NCBI GenBank assembly: GCA_050015675.1
Contig: JBEKAY010000012.1
Coordinates: 6,952-70,951, forward strand
Direction: 5' to 3'
Origin: Bacteroidota bacterium
GTDB lineage: Bacteria > Bacteroidota > Ignavibacteria > UBA10030
Length of the DNA: 64,000 nt
Shown: one piece after another, positions 41,026 to 50,706 of the stretch
Position numbering within the stretch: the first letter of the stretch is position 1
How the letters are laid out: every line of letters starts with the position of its first letter
Made by a program: the position numbers and the translations under genes
Notes under the pieces: model-generated
Databases searched by the model: none
What the model saw: only the letters and a program-made list of their open reading frames with translations
What the model was told of the DNA's origin: nothing

Positions 41026-41931
41026 GTGAACAAGAAAATTGTTGGCGCGTTTCTTTTATTGCGCCCTACCCAATGGGCGAAAAATGTTTTTCTCTTCGCT
41101 CCGCTTATTTTCTCGAAACATCTATTTGAAACGGCATATCTCTGGCGGGAAGTGCTTGCGTTCGCTGGCTTCTGTCTTGTCTCCAGTATTGTGTACGTCA
41201 TCAACGACATTGCAGATCGTGAAGCAGATAAGCTTCATCCCATAAAAAGAAATCGTCCGTTTGCATCTGGGCTTCTCCGTTTATCTGATGTCGTCGTCGT
41301 TGTTCTTATTTTGCTTGCGGTTGTCGTCAGTTTGACGCCATATCTCAGTTTGCGGTTCTGGTACACAATTGCGCTATACGGATTTCTCAATCTTACATAT
41401 TCGTTCTGGTTGAAGCAAGTTGTTATAGTGGATGTGTTTATCATCGCGGCGGGATTTATGCTGCGCGTTCTTGCCGGTGTCTTCGCTATTGAAGTTGTGA
41501 TTTCTTCGTGGCTAATACTGTGTACACTCTTCGTCTCTGTATTCCTCGCGGTCTCCAAACGGCGCGGCGAATTGATGCTTAGTACCGCGACCGATTCCTA
41601 TGCTTCGCGTCCGGTGTTGAAACAGTACGATGTAGCGTTCTTGGATCAAATCATGACAGTAGCAGCGTCTGGAATGGCAATTTCGTACGCGCTCTATACA
41701 GTTGCCGAGCGTACAGTTATTATTTTTGGAACAGAGAATCTCATCTTCACTACAGTGTTTGTATTGTTTGGCATTTTTCGGTACATCTTTCTTATGCGAG
41801 GACGAAAAACAGACGACAACCCGATGCACTTGTTGCTGAGTGATGTGCCATTGGTTGTGAACATTCTGCTCTGGTTCCTTGCTTGTGTATTTGTCATTTA
41901 TTTTCATGACACAACCAGATGGATATTCTAA
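41026..41931 (+). CDS. Decaprenyl-phosphate phosphoribosyltransferase-like (UbiA family)
   Basis: RPTQWAKN, YVINDIADREADKLHPIKRNRPFASG, LRVLAG, KRRGE, GIFRY. Confidence 0.88.
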   Translation: MNKKIVGAFLLLRPTQWAKNVFLFAPLIFSKHLFETAYLWREVLAFAGFCLVSSIVYVINDIADREADKLHPIKRNRPFASGLLRLSDVVVVVLILLAVVVSLTPYLSLRFWYTIALYGFLNLTYSFWLKQVVIVDVFIIAAGFMLRVLAGVFAIEVVISSWLILCTLFVSVFLAVSKRRGELMLSTATDSYASRPVLKQYDVAFLDQIMTVAASGMAISYALYTVAERTVIIFGTENLIFTTVFVLFGIFRYIFLMRGRKTDDNPMHLLLSDVPLVVNILLWFLACVFVIYFHDTTRWIF

Positions 41932-41932
41932 G

Positions 41933-43075
41933 ATGAAATTACCTGAACCCAAGCTTCCAAATAAAATCACTGGTCTTCCAACTTGTACGCCGAAAGTAGC
42001 CGTCGTGAAGACAACGCCGCACACAGTGCTAGAAGATATACAGCGCGCAATGGAACTTGCCGGAATGAAGGATGCGTTGAAACTCGGTGCAACGACAATT
42101 CTGAAAGATAACATCTCATGGCATTTCCCTTTCCCAGGTGCAAATACAACACCTTGGCAACTTGAGGCTACAATTCTTGGTCTGCACAGGAATGGTTTTA
42201 ACGATGTTGTGTGTGTGCAAAATAAAACGGTAGTAACGGATGCCTTCAAAGGTGAGGACCTGAACAAGTATATACCGTTGTTTAAAAAATATCAGATTCC
42301 AGTTCTCTTCAATTTTAAGGATAATGATATGAAGTGGGTTGAGTATAAACCAAAATCACGAATGCTTGTTCTCGATCAAATCTTCCTGGATGGCATCTGG
42401 ATTCCAGATTACTTTTTTGGAAAGAACATCCTTCATCTACCGACTGTGAAATGTCATATCTATACAACGACAACCGGAGCAATGAAAAATGCATTCGGTG
42501 GTTTGCTGGCTACGCATAGGCACTATACACATACGTGGATTCATGAAACACTTGTAGATTTACTTGCCATTCAGAAAGAAATTCATTCGGGCGTTTTCGC
42601 AGTCATGGATGGAACCACCGCGGGGAACGGCCCAGGACCGCGAACCATGATTCCTGTAGAAAAGAATCTTATTCTTGCCAGTGCCGATCAGGTAGCGATT
42701 GATGCAGTTGCGGCGAAAATGATGGGATTCGATCCGCTCTCTATTCACTATATTAATCTGGCGCATCAAAGCGGTCTCGGATGCGGCGACCCCCGCGGAA
42801 TTACTCTGGTGGGAGAAGACATTTCAAACGAAAACTGGAAATTTACAGTTGGTGATAATTTAGCAAGCAGGGCGGGTGACCTGCTATGGTTTGGATTCTT
42901 AAAAAAGCTCCAAAGTATTTTCTTCCGCACACCCCTTGTCAACTTGTTTATTTTTGGCTCGGAGTTTTATCACGACTATTACCGGTGGCCGATTCGAGAT
43001 AAACGCGTGTTCAAACGCTGGCGTACGAAAACGCAGTGGGGAAAACTTTTTGCATCATACCCGCCAATCGGATAA
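41933..43075 (+). CDS. DUF362 domain-containing protein
   Basis: LKDNISW, TTPWQLE, HLPTVKCH..TTTTGAMKNAFG, DQVAIDAVAAKMMG. Confidence 0.88.
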   Translation: MKLPEPKLPNKITGLPTCTPKVAVVKTTPHTVLEDIQRAMELAGMKDALKLGATTILKDNISWHFPFPGANTTPWQLEATILGLHRNGFNDVVCVQNKTVVTDAFKGEDLNKYIPLFKKYQIPVLFNFKDNDMKWVEYKPKSRMLVLDQIFLDGIWIPDYFFGKNILHLPTVKCHIYTTTTGAMKNAFGGLLATHRHYTHTWIHETLVDLLAIQKEIHSGVFAVMDGTTAGNGPGPRTMIPVEKNLILASADQVAIDAVAAKMMGFDPLSIHYINLAHQSGLGCGDPRGITLVGEDISNENWKFTVGDNLASRAGDLLWFGFLKKLQSIFFRTPLVNLFIFGSEFYHDYYRWPIRDKRVFKRWRTKTQWGKLFASYPPIG

Positions 43076-43081
43076 TAATCT

Positions 43082-43978
43082 GTGAATGCAATGCAGTCGG
43101 CATCAAGAACACGCGCAGAATCGTATCTGCTTTCCTTAACGATCATCTGGGGCAGCACGTTTGTTCTGACTAAATTTATCCTCGAGAACGCATCTCCTTT
43201 TGTCTATGTCGCCGCCCGTTTTTTTATTGCATCGATTCTGTTTGCAGCGTTCTTCTTCAGACGACTACGCACAATCTCGAAGGATGCAGTCGTTAAAGGT
43301 CTGGTTCTTGGTGTGCTACTATTTTTAGGCTTTATGCTGCAAACAATAGGGATGAAATTCACGACTGCTTCAAAATCTGCATTCATCACCGGACTCATGG
43401 TTGTCTTCACGCCAATATTTCAACTCGTCATTGAGCGTAAAGCGCCAAAGATTGGAAATATTATCGGAGTTGTGCTCGTTGCCATTGGGTTGTATCTCTT
43501 AACATCTCCCAAAGGATCAGAATTTAATATTGGTGATGCACTGACTCTCGTGTGCGCTGTTTTGTTCAGCATATACACCGTGTATCTCGGCGTTTATGGC
43601 AAAGACCATGACCCCGCCCATTTGACTTTTATACAGTTTGCTTCAACGGCAATTCTTGCTGCAATAGCAATTCCTTTTTTAGAAACAGCATACATGAATC
43701 TGACTGACAATTTCCTTTTGAATCTTGCATATTTAGCGGTAATGCCAACTGTAGTTGCATTATATGTGATGGCAAAATATCAGAAGTACACTACGCCGAC
43801 ACGGAGTGCAATTATTTATTCGATGGAACCGCCCATTGCCGCAATCTTTGCTTTTTTTATTGTTGGCGAACAAATTGGAATGGTTGGAATCGTTGGAGGA
43901 ATCTTAATTCTATCCGGTCTGATAGTATCGGAGTTATCGGATGTAATTTTCATACGCAAGAAAAATGAATTGCATTAA
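43082..43978 (+). CDS. DMT/EamA family transporter
   Basis: IWGSTF, TTASKSAFITGL, EP..A; about 10 TM helices. Confidence 0.92.
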   Translation: MNAMQSASRTRAESYLLSLTIIWGSTFVLTKFILENASPFVYVAARFFIASILFAAFFFRRLRTISKDAVVKGLVLGVLLFLGFMLQTIGMKFTTASKSAFITGLMVVFTPIFQLVIERKAPKIGNIIGVVLVAIGLYLLTSPKGSEFNIGDALTLVCAVLFSIYTVYLGVYGKDHDPAHLTFIQFASTAILAAIAIPFLETAYMNLTDNFLLNLAYLAVMPTVVALYVMAKYQKYTTPTRSAIIYSMEPPIAAIFAFFIVGEQIGMVGIVGGILILSGLIVSELSDVIFIRKKNELH

Positions 43979-44069
43979 AATTCATCAATTACGTCGATCT
44001 ATAGAAGAATTTAGTGAACTGTGTCAAGTGAAAAAGTGGGTTTAATGATAAAAATTATTTATTCAGTAC

Positions 44070-44098
44070 TTGCGTAATTCAAAATCAAAAAGTATATT
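44070..44098 (+). promoter_or_regulatory. Sigma70-type promoter (probably a leaderless transcript)
   Basis: TTGCGT-N17-TATATT, with the ATG only 8 nt downstream. Confidence 0.55.
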
Positions 44099-44106
44099 AT
44101 CAACAT

Positions 44107-44517
44107 ATGGGAACAAGGCAGAAATATTCTCTTCTAATAATTCTTTTAGTAATTTTTGGCAGCTCTGTATCTGCTCAGATATCCACTCCACAGATTACTG
44201 GGGTTTCTGCACAAAGCGATGGTACTATCTTGATTAGTTGGACGATCGGATCAGAAAATGGTGTTGGTTATTATGAAATATATAGAAGTACCGACCTTAA
44301 TGGACCCTTCAGCCATATCGGTGATACACCAAAGGGAACTTTATATTTCATCGATAAAAGTGATTTATTTAAAACAACGAGTAAATATTTTTGTTATAAA
44401 GTAACAGTAGTTGGTTCTGGTGATTCACGAACAAGCAACATTATGGGTGTTTTATATAACAGTACAAGTTCGGCGGCAAAACGCACGTGGGGCAGCATCA
44501 AGGCGATGTTCCGCTGA
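44107..44517 (+). CDS. Secreted Fn3/Ig-like protein with a C-terminal TWGSIKAMFR motif
   Basis: Signal peptide; ISW, YEIYRS, FID, YKV beta-sandwich pattern; tail SSAAKRTWGSIKAMFR. Confidence 0.8.
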   Translation: MGTRQKYSLLIILLVIFGSSVSAQISTPQITGVSAQSDGTILISWTIGSENGVGYYEIYRSTDLNGPFSHIGDTPKGTLYFIDKSDLFKTTSKYFCYKVTVVGSGDSRTSNIMGVLYNSTSSAAKRTWGSIKAMFR

Positions 44518-44549
44518 AGTTTGATGTAACAACAAAGAGATTTTTTATC

Positions 44550-44576
44550 AAGCGATCGTTCTGCATCGCTTTTTTT
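44550..44576 (+). terminator. Intrinsic terminator
   Basis: AAGCGAT-cgttctgc-ATCGCTT plus T run. Confidence 0.7.
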
Positions 44577-44592
44577 GTTTTTAGGCGGTTTG

Positions 44593-45204
44593 ATGAAGCC
44601 TTTGATTCTTGCATCTCAATCACCACGAAGAAAGAATCTGCTAAAACAGATTGGAATGAAGTTTCGTGTTATTCCAAGCCGAGCTGCGGAAGTTTTCTCT
44701 TCTCGTCAGAGTCCGGGTGAGAACGCTCAACGCATTGCATTAGAAAAGGCAATAGATGTTGCTGCTCGTCTGCGAAAAGGAATTGTAATTGGTGCGGACA
44801 CGATTGTTGTTCTCGATAATCATGTTCTCGGCAAACCGAAATCCAAAGATGATGCCAAACGAATGCTGAGATTATTAAGCGGGCGCGAGCATTCGGTCTT
44901 TACCGGTTTTGCATTAAGAGATGTGGAATCTGGAAAGCATACAGCAGGGGTGGAAGAAACAAAAGTTCGCTTTCGGAAATTGACAGAGAAAGAGATTGCT
45001 GATTACGTTGATAGTGGTTCGCCGATGGACAAGGCAGGTTCCTATGGAATTCAGGATGACTTTGGAGCTGTCTTCGTCGAGCGAGTGAACGGATGTTTCT
45101 ATAATGTTGTAGGATTCCCGCTTGCGCGCTTTTATTCAACCTTACAGCGATTTGCATCTGATTTGGAAACTTTCCAGAAAGAGAACAATAAAATCGATAA
45201 ATAG
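44593..45204 (+). CDS. maf: Maf family nucleotide pyrophosphatase
   Basis: LILASQSPRR, IGADT, LGKP, DKAGSYGIQ, NVVGFP. Confidence 0.95.
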   Translation: MKPLILASQSPRRKNLLKQIGMKFRVIPSRAAEVFSSRQSPGENAQRIALEKAIDVAARLRKGIVIGADTIVVLDNHVLGKPKSKDDAKRMLRLLSGREHSVFTGFALRDVESGKHTAGVEETKVRFRKLTEKEIADYVDSGSPMDKAGSYGIQDDFGAVFVERVNGCFYNVVGFPLARFYSTLQRFASDLETFQKENNKIDK

Positions 45205-45230
45205 GTAGTGAAAGAATTGACTAGTACAAT

Positions 45231-45263
45231 AAAAAACCCGTCGAGAAATCCTCGACGGGTTTT
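45231..45263. terminator. Bidirectional terminator between maf and csp
   Basis: AAAAAACCCGTCGAG-aaatc-CTCGACGGGTTTT. Confidence 0.88.
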
Positions 45264-45280
45264 GCCTTGTTGAAGCTTTT

Positions 45281-45484
45281 TTAAGCAGGCTTTGCAACTT
45301 TTACCGCCTGTAATCCTTTCGGACCCTGTTCAACTTCGAATTCTACTTTATCGCCTTCGTTGAGCGTTTTGTAGCCGTCTCCGTTGATGGACTTGTAATG
45401 CACGAATATGTCTTCACCGCTTTCTCGTTTGATGAAGCCATATCCTTTTGTATTATTGAACCACTTTACTGTACCCTGTTCCAT
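45281..45484 (-). CDS. Cold-shock protein (CspA family)
   Basis: GTVKWFN..KGYGFI, DIFVH, GPKGLQA. Confidence 0.97.
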   Translation of the reverse strand: MEQGTVKWFNNTKGYGFIKRESGEDIFVHYKSINGDGYKTLNEGDKVEFEVEQGPKGLQAVKVAKPA

Positions 45485-45678
45485 ACAGGTTCATCCCCTT
45501 GATGCATTGAACATCACACCGCAACTTTGTCTCTCAACGAAAAAGGTGTAACGAATGCTTTACACCTGTCTTGCTCAGCCTACAAGCATCGGAGCCACAT
45601 ATTCGAATTAATAACGGGCGACGCGACAGCTAAAACAAATAAAGATGAAACAAAATCGGTGCAGTGAACTACGGTCAA

Positions 45679-45707
45679 ATATTACAATTTCGTGTATTAA
45701 AATGCAA
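45679..45707 (-). promoter_or_regulatory. Probable csp promoter
   Basis: Minus strand TTGCAT-N17-TAATAT, implying a 5' UTR of about 190 nt. Confidence 0.55.
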
Positions 45708-45738
45708 GTGGCGGCCCACAGTCTTTCGCTTTATCTAA

Positions 45739-48090
45739 TTACTCTTCATCTGCCAGCCAGATGTTATAGTCCTCGGATTCAGATTTGGTTTCTGCTGTTT
45801 CCGGTGCAATTTTTCGAGAAAGGATATGGATGCCGTCGTCGGAAAAACCGAACATTTCATCCAAAGTGAAAATTCGTTCAAATGCCGCGGGTTCAAAAAA
45901 CTCCCGAAATTTGCCGGCAGTTTCGTGCAAACGAGCAAGATAATAGGCGGTGTTTTCGTCCGGTTGATATGGGTTCCATTCTTCGACTAAACGAGATGAA
46001 CGAGTAAGCGTGATACCCGCATCGCTTCCTGTAAAGTAATAAGAAATTTTTGAATTAGCTTTGACGAAGAGGCTTGAACGTACTATGGCTTCCATTGCTG
46101 GCGAAGTTGTGATTTGACCAGAAAGCACTTCTTTTTGGTAAGTTTCTGTGTCCATGCGGACAATATCAGTACGGCAGAAGTCTCTCGGGGTCCATTTGTG
46201 CTGCATTACCTGCGTATATGCTGTGGCATACGCATGGTGCATTCTCTTTAAGTCGTTTGTCAGAAGGCATTCGATCATCCGCTGAATAAATATTCTAAGG
46301 AAACGTTCCATCCCGCGAGAGATAAGGTTATTTCCTTTGATAAGAACATTGTTGTTCTGATCCAGCAAGGCGTAATTATTTTTCCGATAGCTGAACATTT
46401 GCTTGTAGCGATGCGATAAGACAAGCGTTGTTCCTTCTAGCAATGTATTTGAAAGTCGTTCAATAAAATTCTTCTGATTTGATTCACCGATAATATTGTT
46501 GGGGGACAAAAGAAAAAAACCATCACCATCAGATTGGATGATAGCAGCGTTGAAGAGTTCAATCTGGCGCAGAATTTCTTTCAGAATCTCACGACTCGCG
46601 GCCAGGACAACTTCGGCTTGTTCAGGATCGTTATACAATCCGCGCGCAGAACCGAGGTAGAGATGAAATGAATCAATAAGACGCTTAACCGCTTTCAATT
46701 GGTGGACCGAATCTTGGGATTGTAGTGTTTCGGTGTTCGTCGGATCGGATGTATCTTGTTGCAAAGCAGAGAGGCGTGTAAGAAGTGGAAGAAAAACATT
46801 TAGTTCATCTGTCTTTGGCTTGATATTCTGACGGAGTAAAATGGAAGAGTGAATTCCCGCTAATTCAACATACATAACATCGGAGAAAACGCCGGTGTGG
46901 AATACCTCCGATGGAATTGTCATTGAGCGGGAATTATCGTTCGCTCTGGGGACTGAATGCCGTTGACGGACGTATTCTCTTAACATTAGAGATTCGATTC
47001 GTGAAGCTGCACTGAGCTGGGTTAGCATTCGATAGTTGAATGGACACATCTGTGCAAGATAGAACAGCGGCGGCGCGAGATGGTTATAAAGATCGCGTGC
47101 AATGCGTACATTGCGTAGAGATTGATCTAAAATACTCTCCGGTCGATGATTCCATTCCTCAGATATATCTTGTGTGGGAATAGATTTCTCCGTTCCAATT
47201 GAAATTTCAAAATGTTTTGCCAATGAAGTGAGCGTAAATGATTGTTCAATTCTTTTAGTGTCGATTTCCGTTTCTGCCAATGTTGACAAGTCAACGAGAT
47301 GTCTGCCGAAAACATCAAAAGAAAACCATTCACTTTCTCCGGTACTGGCAGCGCTATATCCGGGCGGTGTTCGCATGTCGCTGCCATCTCGACCTATCGC
47401 CAGCGGGATTTGTGAACGTTCGCAGGCACGGCTGAGCGCTGGCAAAATCGTTCCAAACAAGTCGTATCCTTCTATGACATCGGGATCTATTTTGTTGATG
47501 CGCTGGATACAACGCTCCAATAATGTTCGCTCATTATGCTTTTGAGTGTTGAAGGTATATTCGCTTTCATCACTGGCGGCGAGTGTGACAACGAGAATTT
47601 TTTCTTCTGAACTTTTTCTCTTCTGTTTTTTCCCTACTGCCGGTGCGAATTGGACATCCATATGAAGCCGCACGAGTTCTTCGAATTTCATTCCTTTGAA
47701 TAATGTAATACCGGATTGCAGAAGAAACTGGCGCACTGCGTCCGCGCGGACAAGAATTTCTTTAAATTCCTGATATGATGAAACGCGCGGTGAATGATTT
47801 TTGTTATATTGATGTAGAATAAAATGTACTGCTTCCCACATCTCACTCCAGCGTGTGAAGGCAGCGATGTAACGATAAAAATTCCCGCCGGCAAGCTCCT
47901 TCAGCCAGATTTTTTTGGGGAAGTCTTTGATCAGCGATTCATCGGACAGAAAAAAGAAAGGGAAGAATTCTACATCTTGATGTAGAATCTTCCCCTCAAC
48001 TCGTTTGTATAGTCTGATTGTCTGATCGTTCAGCTGTTGGACAGCGACGATGCGCTCTTCGGTATTATATCCATAGAGCAGCTTGTCCAT
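45739..48090 (-). CDS. Family B DNA polymerase homolog with degenerate catalytic motifs
   Basis: PolB architecture (DPDVIEGY, IGRDGS, GRHLVD, MLREY, KNNYALL, IKG..SRG) but motifs read MDVQ, ELAGIHSSI, KRLIDSFHLYLG, QSDGDG. Confidence 0.85.
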   Translation of the reverse strand: MDKLLYGYNTEERIVAVQQLNDQTIRLYKRVEGKILHQDVEFFPFFFLSDESLIKDFPKKIWLKELAGGNFYRYIAAFTRWSEMWEAVHFILHQYNKNHSPRVSSYQEFKEILVRADAVRQFLLQSGITLFKGMKFEELVRLHMDVQFAPAVGKKQKRKSSEEKILVVTLAASDESEYTFNTQKHNERTLLERCIQRINKIDPDVIEGYDLFGTILPALSRACERSQIPLAIGRDGSDMRTPPGYSAASTGESEWFSFDVFGRHLVDLSTLAETEIDTKRIEQSFTLTSLAKHFEISIGTEKSIPTQDISEEWNHRPESILDQSLRNVRIARDLYNHLAPPLFYLAQMCPFNYRMLTQLSAASRIESLMLREYVRQRHSVPRANDNSRSMTIPSEVFHTGVFSDVMYVELAGIHSSILLRQNIKPKTDELNVFLPLLTRLSALQQDTSDPTNTETLQSQDSVHQLKAVKRLIDSFHLYLGSARGLYNDPEQAEVVLAASREILKEILRQIELFNAAIIQSDGDGFFLLSPNNIIGESNQKNFIERLSNTLLEGTTLVLSHRYKQMFSYRKNNYALLDQNNNVLIKGNNLISRGMERFLRIFIQRMIECLLTNDLKRMHHAYATAYTQVMQHKWTPRDFCRTDIVRMDTETYQKEVLSGQITTSPAMEAIVRSSLFVKANSKISYYFTGSDAGITLTRSSRLVEEWNPYQPDENTAYYLARLHETAGKFREFFEPAAFERIFTLDEMFGFSDDGIHILSRKIAPETAETKSESEDYNIWLADEE

Positions 48091-48093
48091 TCA

Positions 48094-48870
48094 TCATTTC
48101 TTAGGCTTATCTAGATTCATATTCATAAACGGCCTCAATAAATCGATAGGCACGGGGAAGATTGTCGTGGAATTATTTTCCGTTGCGATTTCACGAAGGG
48201 TTTGCAGGTAACGCAATGTAAGTGCGCTTGGTTGTTCACTGAGGACTTTTGCTGCATCGGACAAGCGTTGTGATGCCTGGAATTCTCCTTCTGCTGCGAT
48301 AACTTTCGAGCGGCGTTCGCGTTCTGCTTCCGCCTGTTTTGCCATTGCTCGCTGCATCTCTTGCGGTAAATCGATCTGCTTCACTTCGACATTGGAAACC
48401 TTGACACCCCAGGGCTCGGTATGGCTGTCGATAATTTGCTGGAGTTTCTGGTTGATCTTGTCGCGTTGCGAAAGAAGATCATCTAATTCAGACTGTCCCA
48501 ACACGCTTCGCAAAGTTGTTTGTGAAAGCTGGGAGGTTGCGAATAAATAATTTTCAACCGAGACAACGGCTTTTTCGGGCTGCATCACGCGGAAGTACAC
48601 AACTGCGTTTACTTTCAATGAGACGTTATCCTGTGTGATGATATCCTGCGGAGGAACATCCATCACAACTGTTCGCAGACTCACTCTTACCATTCTATCA
48701 ATACCGGGCCATAACCAGACAATCCCGGGTCCCTTTACTCCTAACAACCGTCCTAAGCGGAATATGACACCGCGATCATATTCACGTAAAATTTTAATTG
48801 AATTGACTGCGAGAAGAAAAAAGGCAAATGCTAAAAGAAAAATATATATAAATCCTGGTTCCATAATCAC
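48094..48870 (-). CDS. Slipin/stomatin (SPFH) family protein
   Basis: [46 protein letters not shown]. Confidence 0.96.
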   Translation of the reverse strand: MIMEPGFIYIFLLAFAFFLLAVNSIKILREYDRGVIFRLGRLLGVKGPGIVWLWPGIDRMVRVSLRTVVMDVPPQDIITQDNVSLKVNAVVYFRVMQPEKAVVSVENYLFATSQLSQTTLRSVLGQSELDDLLSQRDKINQKLQQIIDSHTEPWGVKVSNVEVKQIDLPQEMQRAMAKQAEAERERRSKVIAAEGEFQASQRLSDAAKVLSEQPSALTLRYLQTLREIATENNSTTIFPVPIDLLRPFMNMNLDKPKK

Positions 48871-50159
48871 TCCTTAGATGTTGTGGATGGTTCGACTAAC
48901 AATTTTAATCCGTTGATTTTAACAACTCGTACGCGTTTACCTTTTTGAATTGTCCCTGACAATGATTCTGCATTCCAAATCTCACCATGTATACGAACGA
49001 CACCTTCCGGCTTCAGTGTCTCGAGAACATCCCCCGTCTCTCCATTCAATCCTTCAATGCCTGTTGTTGGTTTTCGGCGTTGAGCTTTAATTCCTAATCC
49101 GAGGATAACAACAAAAAAGAATGTGGTTATAATGACCGATGCAATGATAACCGACCAGGATAATTCCACAAATTCAAGAACACTTGATGTGCGAATAAGC
49201 ATTATTGATCCTATAAAAGTTGAAACAGCCCCGCCGATTGCCAGCATACCGTGGCTAATTATTTTTATCTCTAAGAGGAAGAGAATGATTCCAAAGATGA
49301 TAAGGGCGAGTCCGGCATAGTTGATTGGGAGAGTATGCATGGAATAAAACGCAAGCACGAGACTGATGACACCCACGATACCGGGAAAGATAGAACCCGG
49401 ATTATACAACTCGAGTATTAAACCGATAGTGCCGAGTTGAAAAAGGATGAGGGCAATATTCGGATTGCTTAAGAGATCCAATATTTTTTCTGCCCATCCC
49501 ATCTCCATCTGTTCGATCCGCGCGCCTTTTGTATGGAGCGTTGTTGTGCCGGTGATTGTCTCAACTTGTTTGCCATCGATTTGCGTAAGCAACTCATCGA
49601 CATTCTTCGCAATAAGATCGATAACATTTGTGTCAAGCGCTTCAGTTTCTGTAATGGCTTGGCTTTTACGGACAGCATCTTCTGCCCACTTCAGGTTACG
49701 GTTTCGTTTTTTGGCGATTGTGCGAATAAATGCCGCGGCATCATTGGTGACTTTTTCTCCCATCACCGAATCCATTTTCCCTTCCATTTCAACAGGATGC
49801 GCCGCTCCGATATTTGTCCCGGGCGCCATTGCAGCAATGTGTGCTGCCATTGTAATAAAAACACCTGCTGAACCCGCATGCGCTCCGCCTGGTGCAACAT
49901 AGACCACGACAGGAATTTTGGATTCAAGAATTGCACTCACAATGATACGTGTAGATGTAAGCAATCCGCCGGGTGTGTTAAGTTGGATGATGAGACACTC
50001 CGCGTTTTTTTCAGCAGATCTTTCGATGCCGCGTTCGATTAAAGCCGATGATGCTGGATTAATAGCGCCATCAATTTTCAGCAGAACAACGTGTTGCGAA
50101 AAGATGACAGTGGGAAGGATAATAATGAAAATTGAAAGTATGAATAAACGGTGGAGCAC
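48867..50159 (-). CDS. nfeD: NfeD family membrane-bound serine protease
   Basis: [22 protein letters not shown]-terminal OB domain GEIWNA. GTG at 50159 follows GGAGGA; classic nfeD-slipin pair. Confidence 0.93.
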   Translation of the reverse strand: MLHRLFILSIFIIILPTVIFSQHVVLLKIDGAINPASSALIERGIERSAEKNAECLIIQLNTPGGLLTSTRIIVSAILESKIPVVVYVAPGGAHAGSAGVFITMAAHIAAMAPGTNIGAAHPVEMEGKMDSVMGEKVTNDAAAFIRTIAKKRNRNLKWAEDAVRKSQAITETEALDTNVIDLIAKNVDELLTQIDGKQVETITGTTTLHTKGARIEQMEMGWAEKILDLLSNPNIALILFQLGTIGLILELYNPGSIFPGIVGVISLVLAFYSMHTLPINYAGLALIIFGIILFLLEIKIISHGMLAIGGAVSTFIGSIMLIRTSSVLEFVELSWSVIIASVIITTFFFVVILGLGIKAQRRKPTTGIEGLNGETGDVLETLKPEGVVRIHGEIWNAESLSGTIQKGKRVRVVKINGLKLLVEPSTTSKE

Positions 50160-50348
50160 TTTAATATTCCTCCATCCGGTGCAGGTGTTTGTCAAACTTG
50201 CGTTTTTCGAAGAAGATATATACCGCTGCCGGAACATACTATAAGGGAAGACTTTTTTCAATCTCCTATTCGTTAGAAAGATAAGCAAAGAGCGGTCAAA
50301 TAGCAAAAGGCTTTCATTTACTATGGTAATTGTTTAAATTCGTTACAC

Positions 50349-50657
50349 ATGGATAAAAAACAATCGAAGCAGAAAATAGAATCCTTAGTTCAGACTTTTC
50401 ACACGGAGAAACATGAAAAGATGAATGAAGCGGAAACGAGACTCCGTTTTATTGATCCATTCTTTGAAGCATTAGGTTGGAATATTAGAAATCCAAGAGA
50501 AGTTCGTATTGAAACACCTGCCTCTCGTTCAGATTCCACCAGACCCGATTATCGTTTTCAGATCTAATCAACAGTTGTCGAGATTGATGAATTGGTTTAT
50601 AAGTTGTATGTGCTGACGGAAGAAGAGATAAAGATTGTGGAAGGGAAATCCTCGTAG
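50349..50657 (+). pseudogene. Internally deleted Type IIG (Eco57I-like) restriction-modification gene remnant
   Basis: N-terminus NEAETRLRFIDPFFEALGW..REV..E..RPDYRF joined in frame to the C-terminus QI*STVVEIDELVYKLYVLTEEEIKIVEGKSS. Confidence 0.8.
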
Positions 50658-50693
50658 GGACGTATAATTATACGTCCCTACAAAAGCAAAAAC
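50615..50693 (+). repeat. Direct repeat copy 1 (R-M 3' end plus GTAG palindrome)
   Basis: GACGGAAGAAGAGATAAAGATTGTGGAAGGGAAATCCTC-GTAGGGACGTATAATTATACGTCCCTAC-AAAAGCAAAAAC; perfect 28-bp palindrome at 50654-50681. Confidence 0.9.
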
Positions 50694-50706
50694 TATTGCA
50701 CACAAA

